Shown here piece after piece: positions 37,511 through 46,684 of a DNA stretch of 64,000 nt; position 1 is the first letter of the stretch; every line of letters begins with the position of its first letter. The stretch is from a virus, in the UHGV virus genome UHGV-1378817; one strand, written 5' to 3'. The notes below the pieces were generated by a model that worked only from the letters and a program-made list of their open reading frames with translations, had not been told where the DNA came from and did not search any database. The position numbers were made by a program, and so were the translations under genes.

Positions 37511-37627
37511 ATGTCATCAGGTATTTATAAAATTTGCAAGTGCGGCTGTAGTTGCAATCTTCGTTGGTGCAAGGCACTAGACGATTTTATTTGGCATTGC
37601 CCTAAATGTGATGCGGAGTATCTATGA
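37511..37627 (+). CDS. small Cys-rich zinc-ribbon-like protein (38 aa)
   Basis: MSSGIYKICKCGCSCNLRWCKALDDFIWHCPKCDAEYL; GGAGGTG SD 6 nt upstream; ATGA overlap with nrdG; below ORF-track size cutoff. Confidence 0.4.
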   Translation: MSSGIYKICKCGCSCNLRWCKALDDFIWHCPKCDAEYL

Positions 37628-38097
37628 ACATTGTCGGATACACAGAAATATCTTACACCGAAGGGCCAGGTATTAGAACTGCCTTGTGGGTATCTGGGTG
37701 CCCACACGCTTGCCCTGGTTGCTTTAATCAGGCATTTTGGTCAAAAGATAAGGGGAGGGAGTTCACTGAAGAAGACTTGCAAAAAATCTTGTCAGATTTA
37801 GATAACCCGTCTGTGTGCGGTATCTCTCTACTGGGTGGAGAACCCTTAGCATACTATAATGAGCCAGATATTATTAGCCTGATGGAGAAAATTAAGGAAA
37901 AATTTGGTGACAAGAAAACTATTCTTGTATATACTGGGTTCACATTTGACCATATCTCTAGTGATGTTCTTAAACTGGCTGATATCATCATTGACGGTAA
38001 GTATGTAAAAGATTTACCAACCAAGAAACCGTTCAGAGGCAGTGATAACCAAAGAATGTTTAAAAAAGTATCAGGCGGTTGGGTTCAGGTAGACTAG
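37624..38097 (+). CDS. nrdG: anaerobic ribonucleotide reductase activating protein (radical SAM)
   Basis: Cys cluster GCPHACPGCFN near N-terminus. Confidence 0.85.
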   Translation: MNIVGYTEISYTEGPGIRTALWVSGCPHACPGCFNQAFWSKDKGREFTEEDLQKILSDLDNPSVCGISLLGGEPLAYYNEPDIISLMEKIKEKFGDKKTILVYTGFTFDHISSDVLKLADIIIDGKYVKDLPTKKPFRGSDNQRMFKKVSGGWVQVD

Positions 38098-38100
38098 TTG

Positions 38101-38130
38101 TTGACAAAGCTTTGTTGAGTTGGTTATAAT
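38101..38130 (+). promoter_or_regulatory. sigma70-like promoter
   Basis: TTGACA, 18-nt spacer, TATAAT. Confidence 0.6.
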
Positions 38131-38159
38131 TGCCGTAATGAAAGCAGAGGAGGTGCAAA

Positions 38160-38273
38160 ATGGCTAAAAAAGCCTTGAAGAAGGCGTACAAGAAAGAGAT
38201 TGCGCTTGAGCTTAAGAAAAAACACAAGCGTGAAAAGAAACATCATGAAGATGAAGAGGGGGTGCAACAGTGA
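38160..38273 (+). CDS. small highly basic protein (37 aa)
   Basis: MAKKALKKAYKKEIALELKKKHKREKKHHEDEEGVQQ; AGAGGAGGTG SD; below ORF-track cutoff. Confidence 0.35.
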   Translation: MAKKALKKAYKKEIALELKKKHKREKKHHEDEEGVQQ

Positions 38274-38620
38274 CACAAGAACGTATCGATTTGGCTAATA
38301 AGTTTGTAGACCTCATTTTGCCACGGTTAGTTACTCAACATGCAGATGCTATTTCTACTAATCTTGATGGCTTACGCCTAATGCTGAATCGCACAGATGA
38401 CCCTCGTATTCGGGCTGATTTAGAAGCCTCTGCCAACAAACTGGAAAAGTTCTTGCAAGTAGACACGCAAGAAGCCTTGCACAAGATTATGGTGGAAGGT
38501 TTCTCTAAAGAATTTACCATTAAAGAGCTTAAGGAGCTGATCCACCAAGAAGAGATGAATATCCGAGTTCAGGCTGTTGCAAGCAGCATGGAAGCGGCTA
38601 TTGAAAAACTGTTGCAGTAA
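38270..38620 (+). CDS. hypothetical protein
   Basis: GTG start overlapping stop of previous small ORF; 116 aa helical. Confidence 0.4.
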   Translation: MTQERIDLANKFVDLILPRLVTQHADAISTNLDGLRLMLNRTDDPRIRADLEASANKLEKFLQVDTQEALHKIMVEGFSKEFTIKELKELIHQEEMNIRVQAVASSMEAAIEKLLQ

Positions 38621-38658
38621 AAGTACTTGGCACATCTCAATCTGAAAGGAGTCCCAAC

Positions 38659-39447
38659 ATGGGTCGAGCTAAAGAAACAAAACGCATGCGTGATGAAGCT
38701 AGAGAGGCTCGCAAATCTGATCGCCTGCGTAAGGCTGCTGAGAAATTTGCTGACGAACGAGAGCACACTGCTCCAGCTCTCCGACCAATGAATAAGAAGC
38801 AGCAAAAGTATCTTGATTATCTAGGGTCACGTAAGATTATTATTGTAAACGGTGTGTTTGGATCCGGTAAGACATTCATGGCATCTGCATATGCAGGTGA
38901 TCTTCTGCGTAAGAACGAGATTGATAAGATCATTGTTGCACGTCCTTACGTTCAGACAGGAAAGACTTCAGGATTTAAACCTGGAAATGCAATGCAGAAA
39001 TTGTGGCCCTATCTTCGAAGCATGATGGACACGATTTGTCGTCGTGTTGGCAAAGGTGCTTTTGCCGCAATGCTGGGAGACGGTCAGAACAGCCGTATCG
39101 AGATTTGTGAAGTTGAAAGCATTCGTGGTCGTAGTTTCGATGAGCGATGCTTTGTCCTGATTGACGAGGCACAGCAAACTAACCCTGAAGAAATGTTGTC
39201 AATTATCACAAGGATCTCTGATCAAGCCACCCTTGTAATTATGGGTGATAATAGCCAACGTGACATCCCTGGTAAATCTGGCCTTGCATGGGTGACGGAT
39301 TTCTTTACTCGTCATCCAGATCCTGAGGTTGGAATGATCAGCTTTGATAGTCCAGACGATGTCGTTCGTTCCGGGTTGGGTCGTCAGATCGCACTCAATC
39401 TTATTGAGGATCGTGCAAATCATATTTGGACCCCTGTTTCCGAGTAA
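38659..39447 (+). CDS. phoH: PhoH-like ATPase
   Basis: Walker A GVFGSGKTF, Walker B VLIDEAQ, PhoH-type C-terminal region. Confidence 0.8.
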   Translation: MGRAKETKRMRDEAREARKSDRLRKAAEKFADEREHTAPALRPMNKKQQKYLDYLGSRKIIIVNGVFGSGKTFMASAYAGDLLRKNEIDKIIVARPYVQTGKTSGFKPGNAMQKLWPYLRSMMDTICRRVGKGAFAAMLGDGQNSRIEICEVESIRGRSFDERCFVLIDEAQQTNPEEMLSIITRISDQATLVIMGDNSQRDIPGKSGLAWVTDFFTRHPDPEVGMISFDSPDDVVRSGLGRQIALNLIEDRANHIWTPVSE

Positions 39448-39492
39448 TACAGAAGGGTGGTTATTCCACCCTTAAAATGTCTAAAACGGTTG

Positions 39493-39521
39493 TTGACAAA
39501 TAGGTAAGCTTTAGATATTAT
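39493..39521 (+). promoter_or_regulatory. sigma70-like promoter
   Basis: TTGACA, 17-nt spacer, TATTAT. Confidence 0.6.
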
Positions 39522-39549
39522 TATCGGACAAAACAGAGAGAAGGACAGT

Positions 39550-39861
39550 ATGGCTACAATACAAGAGAAACTGAATAAAATATACTGCCTGTTTGTCTAT
39601 AACGGCGAGACAATTTTGGCAAATAAAGGATCCAAGAATGTGTGGATCAAGGACAGCGGTGGTAACATAATTAACTTAGCGTTGCTACGTGAGCGCCGAC
39701 ACAGATTCTTTATCGAGTCTCGAATTATTGAAAGCAGCACTTGCTACAGAACAGGCGATAAAGTAATTGTTGACAATGATACGTGGTATGTGGTAGACTG
39801 GCAATCATTGAGTTGTGATGCTTCTGACAATCGTAAGTATTCCATAGTGATTGCTAAATAA
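39550..39861 (+). CDS. hypothetical protein
   Basis: 103 aa ORF after promoter. Confidence 0.4.
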   Translation: MATIQEKLNKIYCLFVYNGETILANKGSKNVWIKDSGGNIINLALLRERRHRFFIESRIIESSTCYRTGDKVIVDNDTWYVVDWQSLSCDASDNRKYSIVIAK

Positions 39862-39921
39862 AGGTAAATGTGAATCAGGTTTAAATAAATAGCTTTCAAC
39901 TTCCAATATTAAGGATTTCTC

Positions 39922-40971
39922 ATGAATTTAACACCTCGCAGCACCATGGTACACGGCATGAAAGAAAAACAGAACGGTTTCGAACCTATGAGTAATAAAA
40001 TGTTTGGTATGCCGGGCGGTATTATGGAAACATACAGCTACCCAACACCTGTTGTTGACCACGTTCTTTATATCGACGATTTGGAGGACCTGCAGGATCA
40101 TATGTCTCGTCTGCAGACGATTCGTATGGCTCAGCCGGAAGAAAGCATTCGCGTGATCATCAATAGCCCCGGGGGTTGCGTGCACATTGCAATGGCTTAT
40201 CTGCAGGCATTCCGCGAGTCTCAGGCAAGCGTTGTTGCACATGCTGAAGGGATGTGCTGCTCTGCTGGAACAATCTTATGGCTTGGTTGCAAAGAACGTA
40301 CTGTGGCTCCGGACACAGAATTTATGTTCCACTACTATCAAGGTGGCACTTATGGTAACGGTGTTAACATGAATATTCAGGTCAGCTACTGGAAAAAACG
40401 TTTTGAACACCTGATCGAAAAATACTACGGTGGGGTGCTGACAGAAGATGAGATCGCATCCATCACAGCTGGTGGCGAAGTGTGGTTGGACGGAGAAGAG
40501 TTGGCAGCACGTACTGGAGCTATTATTCTGGATGAAGGTAACATACAACGCATCCAGAATGGACAAAAACCGAAAAAGCTTCTGGCAAAAGGGGATGAAG
40601 AAGGCGTGTTAGGTGAAGCAGGTCTTCCGGAGATTCACCAGTGCACCTCTTTAGATGAGTTAGTTCATGCTGTTGAATCTGCAAAAGCGGGTGGTTCGAA
40701 AGGTGATGTTCACACTGTGTTCCTGAACCTGCAGATGGAAAGTGGTGAGACCGTTAAGATTGCCTTAGGTGAGATCACCTCAGAAGATTTGCAGCGATTC
40801 TCTGTTGTTGAACTTCAAGACATTCTGTCCCAATTGAAGACAACCCTGAACGGCGGTGAAGAGGTTAAGGTAAAAGATAAGACTCGTAAGCGTCTGGTGG
40901 ACAATATTATTAAAACAGCAAAAGAGCTTAATGAAAAAATCCTGGGTGCAGGAATTGTCGAAGAAGCTTAA
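39922..40971 (+). CDS. ClpP-like serine peptidase with C-terminal extension
   Basis: INSPGG and catalytic-Ser context GMCCSAGT resemble ClpP/S14; about 150 aa extra C-terminal region. Confidence 0.6.
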   Translation: MNLTPRSTMVHGMKEKQNGFEPMSNKMFGMPGGIMETYSYPTPVVDHVLYIDDLEDLQDHMSRLQTIRMAQPEESIRVIINSPGGCVHIAMAYLQAFRESQASVVAHAEGMCCSAGTILWLGCKERTVAPDTEFMFHYYQGGTYGNGVNMNIQVSYWKKRFEHLIEKYYGGVLTEDEIASITAGGEVWLDGEELAARTGAIILDEGNIQRIQNGQKPKKLLAKGDEEGVLGEAGLPEIHQCTSLDELVHAVESAKAGGSKGDVHTVFLNLQMESGETVKIALGEITSEDLQRFSVVELQDILSQLKTTLNGGEEVKVKDKTRKRLVDNIIKTAKELNEKILGAGIVEEA

Positions 40972-40983
40972 ACATTAATTCTA

Positions 40984-41006
40984 AAGCCCTCTTCGGAGGG
41001 CTTTTA
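40984..41006 (+). terminator. intrinsic terminator
   Basis: AGCCCTC-ttcg-GAGGGCT followed by TTTATGAT, 13 nt after ClpP-like stop. Confidence 0.55.
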
Positions 41007-41022
41007 TGATCTGGAGATTTGC

Positions 41023-41556
41023 ATGACTTGTGCTAGAAAACCTGATGAACAACGTAACGCCTACGACGAGTATGTGACACCGGAGTGGTGTGCAGAAGGG
41101 CTGTATGACCTTATTCCGTTCCCAGAAGACTGGACCTACTTAGAGCCTTGCAGGAATAGTGCCTCAGGTGTGTTTTACTCCCGTATGCCGTTAGGATCTG
41201 CATGGGGAGAAATCCAAGAAGGTGTTGACTATCTGAATACAGAATACAACCATGTTGACTGTATTATCACCAACCCACCATACAGCCTAGCTCGTGAGTT
41301 TGTAGACAAGGCGTTGAAAGATGCTGACGTAGTTATTATGCTTTTGCGTCTTAATTTTCTGGAAAGCAAAGCCAGATTTGAATGGTGGCTTGATAATGCA
41401 CCCACTACTGTGATCACAATATCTAAGCGTCCATCATTTCAATCAAATGGTAGAACTGACGGGCAAGCATATGCGTATTTTGTGTGGGATAAGAAAAACC
41501 GTTTAGGCTTGCCGCCATTTATGTGGTTGGCACCACCAGAGGTGGACCTGAAATGA
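41023..41556 (+). CDS. small N6-adenine methyltransferase-like protein
   Basis: Catalytic-type motif IITNPPY; 177 aa. Confidence 0.5.
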   Translation: MTCARKPDEQRNAYDEYVTPEWCAEGLYDLIPFPEDWTYLEPCRNSASGVFYSRMPLGSAWGEIQEGVDYLNTEYNHVDCIITNPPYSLAREFVDKALKDADVVIMLLRLNFLESKARFEWWLDNAPTTVITISKRPSFQSNGRTDGQAYAYFVWDKKNRLGLPPFMWLAPPEVDLK

Positions 41557-41837
41557 AAATGAGTGCTAAGGACAAATTACACCAGTTAGCGCTAAAACGT
41601 CCTGTAACGCTCCCTGACGAGCTTAACTCCATTTATGATGCGATTGTAGGGGAGATACAAAATAAAGCGTTAGCAGGCTTTCTGGGATGCGGATTTTCGA
41701 TAAATCTACCCTCGCATCTCTCAGACTACTTCCCGCACATTGTTGGAGATTTAAGGGCAGGAGGTCTGCAGGTAGATGTTGTTGGCATCTCCCCAGAGAA
41801 AAATAATACGGTTGCCTACTTGACAGTAACCTGGTAG
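41553..41837 (+). CDS. hypothetical protein
   Basis: Start set to ATG 41553 (ATGA overlap; GAGGTGG SD). Confidence 0.4.
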   Translation: MKMSAKDKLHQLALKRPVTLPDELNSIYDAIVGEIQNKALAGFLGCGFSINLPSHLSDYFPHIVGDLRAGGLQVDVVGISPEKNNTVAYLTVTW

Positions 41838-41873
41838 TTGTGTATTGTTGTTTTCAACAAGAGGGGGTCATTT

Positions 41874-42113
41874 ATGTACAAGTCATTTTCAATCTACTCA
41901 AGACAGGCGAAACACTACACAGAGATCCTGATCACTCAGAAAAAATCTGTGGAAGGTGAGTGGGAATATCACCATAAAATGTTGCGTCCAGACTGGGTTT
42001 TTGATAGACTTATTGCTATGATCCCTCTCGGAGAAGTATACCCTCTGACAGCCCATCGCGATGCTTGGGATTTAATTGATTACATAGATTCATTTAAGGA
42101 GCCTAGATTATGA
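41874..42113 (+). CDS. hypothetical protein
   Basis: Start set to ATG 41874 with AGAGGGGG SD. Confidence 0.4.
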   Translation: MYKSFSIYSRQAKHYTEILITQKKSVEGEWEYHHKMLRPDWVFDRLIAMIPLGEVYPLTAHRDAWDLIDYIDSFKEPRL

Positions 42114-42508
42114 AGATTGAGATTACTAAAGAAGGTAATAAAGTGTCCGGCAACTATGCAACAGTAATTCGGGATTTAATGTTTGAAGCCACCAAGATCG
42201 GTACATCTAAAGTTGGTCAAACTGTTAGTGTGAAAAGTAATATCGCCACAGGAGAGAAGGTATTCATTGTGGTCAAAGGGCAGGATCCCGTGGAAGGAAC
42301 AGTGGGCCGAGGTGGCTACCTGTGCATTTCTGAAGAGCCGCGTATGTTAGTGGCTGACGCTACTATGGGTGGGAAACGTGTGTGCGAGGCGGATGAGGTA
42401 ATGATTATCCAACCTGTTGATCCAGATGACCCAGCAACTTGGGTGGTAGGAAATGAAATCTTCTCTTTAGAAGAGTTATCCTTCCCAGCACCGCGCTCTG
42501 TTCAGTAA
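42110..42508 (+). CDS. hypothetical protein
   Basis: 132 aa; ATGA overlap with previous gene. Confidence 0.4.
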   Translation: MKIEITKEGNKVSGNYATVIRDLMFEATKIGTSKVGQTVSVKSNIATGEKVFIVVKGQDPVEGTVGRGGYLCISEEPRMLVADATMGGKRVCEADEVMIIQPVDPDDPATWVVGNEIFSLEELSFPAPRSVQ

Positions 42509-42545
42509 TAATTTATCTTACCAGGGACGGTAGGTAGGAGGTAGC

Positions 42546-42779
42546 ATGAAAGTTAAATTTCTTACAGATTTAGGGTACCCTTCCTTGGTTGACTGTGTTG
42601 GTAAAATTGTGGAAGCAAAACGGCTATCTGCAAACGAGAATGTTGTCCTGGTTAAAGGGAAGGATTTACTAGCTGCAGGTGCAGAGTCTGGCAGGATCTC
42701 TCCTGATTATATGTATTACCTATCTTTAAGTAATCTGCCAGAGCGAGGCGGTAAAGGCCTTGAAGTTGTGGAGGAGTGA
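42546..42779 (+). CDS. small protein, paralog family A (MKVK...G.DL[IL]AAGA...VEE)
   Basis: Shares N-terminal MKVKFL, central KGKDLLAAGAESG and C-terminal EVVEE with 46201 and 46418 ORFs. Confidence 0.45.
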   Translation: MKVKFLTDLGYPSLVDCVGKIVEAKRLSANENVVLVKGKDLLAAGAESGRISPDYMYYLSLSNLPERGGKGLEVVEE

Positions 42780-42784
42780 CAGGT

Positions 42785-43309
42785 ATGCTTCTGATTAACT
42801 GGGAAGACCTCTATGGGGACAAAGACCCTGTTGCGTTTGTTGATCGTAGGTGGAGATACACTGAAGAACAACTGGCGGCAAAAAATTTAACTGCAAAACG
42901 CAGAAAGATCATCCAGTGCAAGTACAAATACGCACAGTTTGCTGCAAAAGTGTCTCCACAAATCGAGAGCTTTGTGCTTAAATTGTATGACGAGTACCTC
43001 AAATTCCAATTGGATTTTGTGCAGGTGTACCGTGCACAGGTACGACCAGATACCAACATATGTAGATGGAAGGTTGTTTGTGAAGGTAAAGATTTGCCGC
43101 TCAGCTTGACAATTGAGTGGCGTTATGGGTATCATGAGTGTGGTCTGTATGATATTTGGGATGTCATTGTAGATCCTGCTAAGCATCTGAACACAGAGGA
43201 GCTGGAATATATCAATAAGGTTATTCTCGATATGTTTTTCAGCTACACACATGAAAACTCTGAGAAAGAACGGGATAATTTTCTTGACACCCTCAGCGAC
43301 CATTTGTAG
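42785..43309 (+). CDS. hypothetical protein
   Basis: Start at ATG 42785 with GGAGGAG SD; 174 aa. Confidence 0.45.
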   Translation: MLLINWEDLYGDKDPVAFVDRRWRYTEEQLAAKNLTAKRRKIIQCKYKYAQFAAKVSPQIESFVLKLYDEYLKFQLDFVQVYRAQVRPDTNICRWKVVCEGKDLPLSLTIEWRYGYHECGLYDIWDVIVDPAKHLNTEELEYINKVILDMFFSYTHENSEKERDNFLDTLSDHL

Positions 43310-43339
43310 TATACAATTTAACCTACAAAGGGAGGACCA

Positions 43340-43567
43340 ATGAGTATAAATGTTGTGCTAATAGGTTACCTGGTAATGTCCGTTATAACAGCGGTATTCT
43401 TGACAGGTGTATGCATCGTGTCCAGACGAAGGGTGAAGTTTGATGATTTTATCACCATCATCACTGCTGCACCTTTTTGGCCTGTTGTTATCTTCATCGT
43501 AATAATGTGCCTAGTTGATTACTACAAGAATATCAGGAAGGAGAGTAGGGATGGAGGCCGCACCTAA
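43340..43567 (+). CDS. small membrane protein (two predicted TM helices)
   Basis: 75 aa; hydrophobic segments VVLIGYLVMSVITAVFLTGVCIV and ITAAPFWPVVIFIVIMCLV. Confidence 0.45.
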   Translation: MSINVVLIGYLVMSVITAVFLTGVCIVSRRRVKFDDFITIITAAPFWPVVIFIVIMCLVDYYKNIRKESRDGGRT

Positions 43568-43786
43568 AACTATCTATACTGTTCTTAAAGAGATTGCGTT
43601 CTACGCAGATCTTAGCCAGGCACCTTTATGGGAAAAGAGCATGTATTTAAAATGGTGCGTTAATTTAGGGAGACCTTCCAGTGTTTCAAGCCATGTTTAT
43701 TGAGATGCTATCTGGGATATTGTTACTGGTAGCCATCTTAGGTGGTGCAGTTCTGATGTATAACTATCTTGAAAAAGGAGACAGCA

Positions 43787-43972
43787 ATGGTAAAAAATAA
43801 ATCTTTAGAGCAGGCTGAAAACCTTCTCCACGAGCTGGTAAAGGAGTGGAAAGTTGAATACTCAGATTTTAATGCACGAGAGGGTGAAGATTATTGGCCT
43901 ACGGAGCGCTCAGAGGGCGAATGGTATCAAGATTTTATAGAGTGGTTATATCAGACGTGCGATGAGGGGTGA
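43787..43972 (+). CDS. hypothetical protein
   Basis: ATG 43787 with AAGGAG SD (track start is upstream TTG). Confidence 0.35.
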   Translation: MVKNKSLEQAENLLHELVKEWKVEYSDFNAREGEDYWPTERSEGEWYQDFIEWLYQTCDEG

Positions 43973-43974
43973 CG

Positions 43975-44439
43975 ATGTTTGTTAAATATGTAAAAACGTG
44001 CCTCAACAGTCTTGGCAGAGAGCATTGGTACACCTTGCTTGAAAAAGGGGAAATTTTAACAAAATCTGGAAAGATAACTTTGATACCTCTTGATAGTAAA
44101 GGTAAAGACCCGTCACGACTTGTTATAGATGATTACGTTACAGGTGTGACGTTCGAGGTCTCTGTGGAGAGGTTAATACGCAGAGCTGGCGGCCCTTATG
44201 ACCGAAGAGAGTATGTTTTCGATTCCGTTACAGAGATGGGGGAGCATCCGTCTTTAATGTTCAGGATGGTAATCAGAGATATGAGGTCATCTATAGATAG
44301 GATCGTAAAGGACATTAAGGAACCTTTTAGAGTAAAAGTTAAGAAGTTTTTCGATTCTAAGATTAACATACTCGCCGTTGCACTAGGTGTAGTTCAACTT
44401 CTGTTAATTTTGCACTATTTTGAACTACTATTTAAGTAG
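43975..44439 (+). CDS. hypothetical protein
   Basis: ATG 43975 with GAGGGG SD; C-terminal hydrophobic segment. Confidence 0.4.
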   Translation: MFVKYVKTCLNSLGREHWYTLLEKGEILTKSGKITLIPLDSKGKDPSRLVIDDYVTGVTFEVSVERLIRRAGGPYDRREYVFDSVTEMGEHPSLMFRMVIRDMRSSIDRIVKDIKEPFRVKVKKFFDSKINILAVALGVVQLLLILHYFELLFK

Positions 44440-44501
44440 TAGTTGAGATATGGCACAAAGGATGTGCCATAGTGAAATAAACTAAGAAAGAGGTAGAGAG
44501 A

Positions 44502-44849
44502 ATGCCAAAGATTAAAACGTTATTACTGTGGGTAGCTGTTTTAGCTTTTATAGGGTACTGGACTTGGGAAACTGAATTAAAAGATATCGGATATACCAGT
44601 CTTGAGAGCAAGGCGTGCATTGGCATAACCGATGCGTTCAGGCAAAATGCTATGGATCACGAATGTGTTGATGCAGATATAGATGAGAAACTGTCTAAGG
44701 ACAAAGATTTTTACCATGGGCATGCTTTACTTGATAGTGGTGACACTGTAGAGTTCTGGTCGTGGTTTCGTGAAGATGGAACAATAAAAACAGCAGTAAA
44801 GATCTCTAACAAAGAGTTAATGCTGTTGCAGCAAAAGGAGGCTCAATGA
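44502..44849 (+). CDS. membrane-anchored hypothetical protein
   Basis: N-terminal TM (LLLWVAVLAFIGYW); 115 aa. Confidence 0.4.
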   Translation: MPKIKTLLLWVAVLAFIGYWTWETELKDIGYTSLESKACIGITDAFRQNAMDHECVDADIDEKLSKDKDFYHGHALLDSGDTVEFWSWFREDGTIKTAVKISNKELMLLQQKEAQ

Positions 44850-45133
44850 TCTGGATATCCTATGCTGATGGCACCATGCTGTATACTGCAGGTACCAGAT
44901 ATGAAGTTCAGGAGAACGATAAAAAATTTATCGTAAAAACATTTGACAAGGACGACAACCTTTTGCTAGAATTGACTTACAAGGTTGGAGAGGTATCCAA
45001 TATCCAATTGGATTGTGGTCATAAAGATAATCCACTCAAAAAACCTGGAATAGGCAAGGCTTCAGAAGAACGTTTGTCTCGTATTGCAGAAAGCGTTTCT
45101 ACACAAAAATCTAAGAAGGGGACTAGAAAATGA
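44846..45133 (+). CDS. hypothetical protein
   Basis: 95 aa; ATGA overlap. Confidence 0.4.
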   Translation: MIWISYADGTMLYTAGTRYEVQENDKKFIVKTFDKDDNLLLELTYKVGEVSNIQLDCGHKDNPLKKPGIGKASEERLSRIAESVSTQKSKKGTRK

Positions 45134-45324
45134 AAAACTTACGTTTTAACACTTATTACTACAACACATTAAATGATTTGTACTATATTGTTCGAAGTAA
45201 AAGTCCTGAAACAGTCCTATTCTGCCGTGAACCCTTCAAAGGGGAGGAAGTAGAGTCTGAGATGAATGTTAGCCAAATCACCTCTTTGTTGCTCTCAGGC
45301 GCAATGGAAGAAGTAATATTCTAA
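45130..45324 (+). CDS. hypothetical protein
   Basis: 64 aa; ATGA overlap. Confidence 0.35.
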   Translation: MKNLRFNTYYYNTLNDLYYIVRSKSPETVLFCREPFKGEEVESEMNVSQITSLLLSGAMEEVIF

Positions 45325-45342
45325 ACCAGGCGGGAGGGTTTT

Positions 45343-45528
45343 ATGAAGCACTATTGCCTGTCTGGTAGAATGGGTGCAGATTGTGATTGGGTTTTCTTAA
45401 AACTTGTCAGCATTCGAGAGTTCATCCCAGAGGAAGAGCAAGAAAGTGAGCTGATGTCATGGATCAACCATTACGGTAACACTTTTCGACATGTTAAGGT
45501 AGAAGAGTTGCCAAGCGAGGCTGATTGA
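45343..45528 (+). CDS. hypothetical protein
   Basis: 61 aa ORF. Confidence 0.35.
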   Translation: MKHYCLSGRMGADCDWVFLKLVSIREFIPEEEQESELMSWINHYGNTFRHVKVEELPSEAD

Positions 45529-45530
45529 CT

Positions 45531-45620
45531 ATGATTGCATCAATATTAACGTTTATGGGTGGCGTGGCATTCGGATTCATTGTTTGCCTGTTTATAGTGA
45601 TTATGTCTATGCGAGGCTGA
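45531..45620 (+). CDS. small hydrophobic peptide (29 aa, single TM)
   Basis: MIASILTFMGGVAFGFIVCLFIVIMSMRG; starts 3 nt after previous stop; below ORF-track cutoff. Confidence 0.3.
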   Translation: MIASILTFMGGVAFGFIVCLFIVIMSMRG

Positions 45621-45623
45621 ATT

Positions 45624-45920
45624 ATGAAACTTTTTGAGTGGTTTAAAAAGTTTAAATATAAAGCTGTAGCCATCGTGCCGTGGTCAATTCAGTGGGTTGA
45701 TGAAGGTGGTCTACCAATACCTGGTGACAAAGATACTGGGTACTGGATTATGATGGAGAACGGGTTTGGAAAGCGAAAGTATACGTGCACAAACTCTACT
45801 CGATCTGCACTTAATAGAGTGCCTGGTTACAAACTTATGGTTGTGTGGAAAATGTCAGGCGTCCCTCCAGCCAATGCTCAATTTCTTACTGACAATCCTA
45901 CCACGGTAGAGGGAGATTGA
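45624..45920 (+). CDS. hypothetical protein
   Basis: 98 aa ORF. Confidence 0.4.
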   Translation: MKLFEWFKKFKYKAVAIVPWSIQWVDEGGLPIPGDKDTGYWIMMENGFGKRKYTCTNSTRSALNRVPGYKLMVVWKMSGVPPANAQFLTDNPTTVEGD

Positions 45921-46204
45921 TAATGAAAAAGATTAACAGTAGTGAAGTCGAGTTTAAACTTGTCGGAAAAGGCACTTACTGGGAAGTTCGTCAAAAGGTA
46001 TATTTGTTCGGTCTTATTCCTTACTGGTCTAAATTCTACTGGGGAGCTAACGAGTGGGGAAGATACGCCACCAAATCAATGGCACTTATTGGTATAGCAG
46101 AGTACATTGCAGCCAGAGATAGGGTTGGAGACACTTATTACTATACTGCGGACGATATTCGTAACAGTGTTTACGTCCCACAACCACCTGATGGAGACCG
46201 TTGA
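45917..46204 (+). CDS. hypothetical protein
   Basis: 95 aa; ATGA overlap. Confidence 0.4.
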   Translation: MIMKKINSSEVEFKLVGKGTYWEVRQKVYLFGLIPYWSKFYWGANEWGRYATKSMALIGIAEYIAARDRVGDTYYYTADDIRNSVYVPQPPDGDR

Positions 46205-46428
46205 TGAAAGTTAAAGTTTTAGATTCAAGCTTCTATATTGGTCAGGAGCCCTTAGTGGGGAAAGTGTTTACTGCTGTCCCTAACGAAGATTACCCCGACC
46301 TTTTAAAAATAAAAGGGGCAGATCTTATTGCCGCTGGTGCATCTCAGGAATGCTTTGACAGTCAGTGGACCTACAACTTTGCCCTAGGTGAGGATGTAGA
46401 GATAGTGGAGGACAATCATGAAGGTTAA
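46201..46428 (+). CDS. small protein, paralog family A
   Basis: MMKVKVL...KGADLIAAGASQE...VEIVED; paralog of 42546 and 46418. Confidence 0.45.
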   Translation: MMKVKVLDSSFYIGQEPLVGKVFTAVPNEDYPDLLKIKGADLIAAGASQECFDSQWTYNFALGEDVEIVEDNHEG

Positions 46429-46672
46429 AATTCTTGATTCTAACGTCTACTTGGGACAATCCTTCCTGAAGGGAAAAGTCGTTCCTGCGGTATACTTTGA
46501 AGGGTTGCCGTGGGATGATCCTGTTCGGCAACATCACAGTTATGTAGGCCACAACGTAGTGTTTATCTTAGGAGCAGACCTGATCACCGCTGGTGCACCT
46601 GAATATTATTTCGGGGAAGAGTCCTATTATGCCTTTGGGGTAGGGTCAGATGCAGATATTGTAGAGCTGTGA
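46418..46672 (+). CDS. small protein, paralog family A
   Basis: MKVKIL...LGADLITAGAPEY...DIVEL. Confidence 0.45.
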   Translation: MKVKILDSNVYLGQSFLKGKVVPAVYFEGLPWDDPVRQHHSYVGHNVVFILGADLITAGAPEYYFGEESYYAFGVGSDADIVEL

Positions 46673-46684
46673 TGGGTAACCGTT

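Noticed and set aside
43680-43800. Possible 35-39-aa membrane peptide (MFIEMLSGILLLVAILGGAVLMYNYLEKGDSNGKK)
   Set aside because: Its 3' end overlaps the SD and start of the 43787 gene and its own start context is weak; noted but not annotated as a feature
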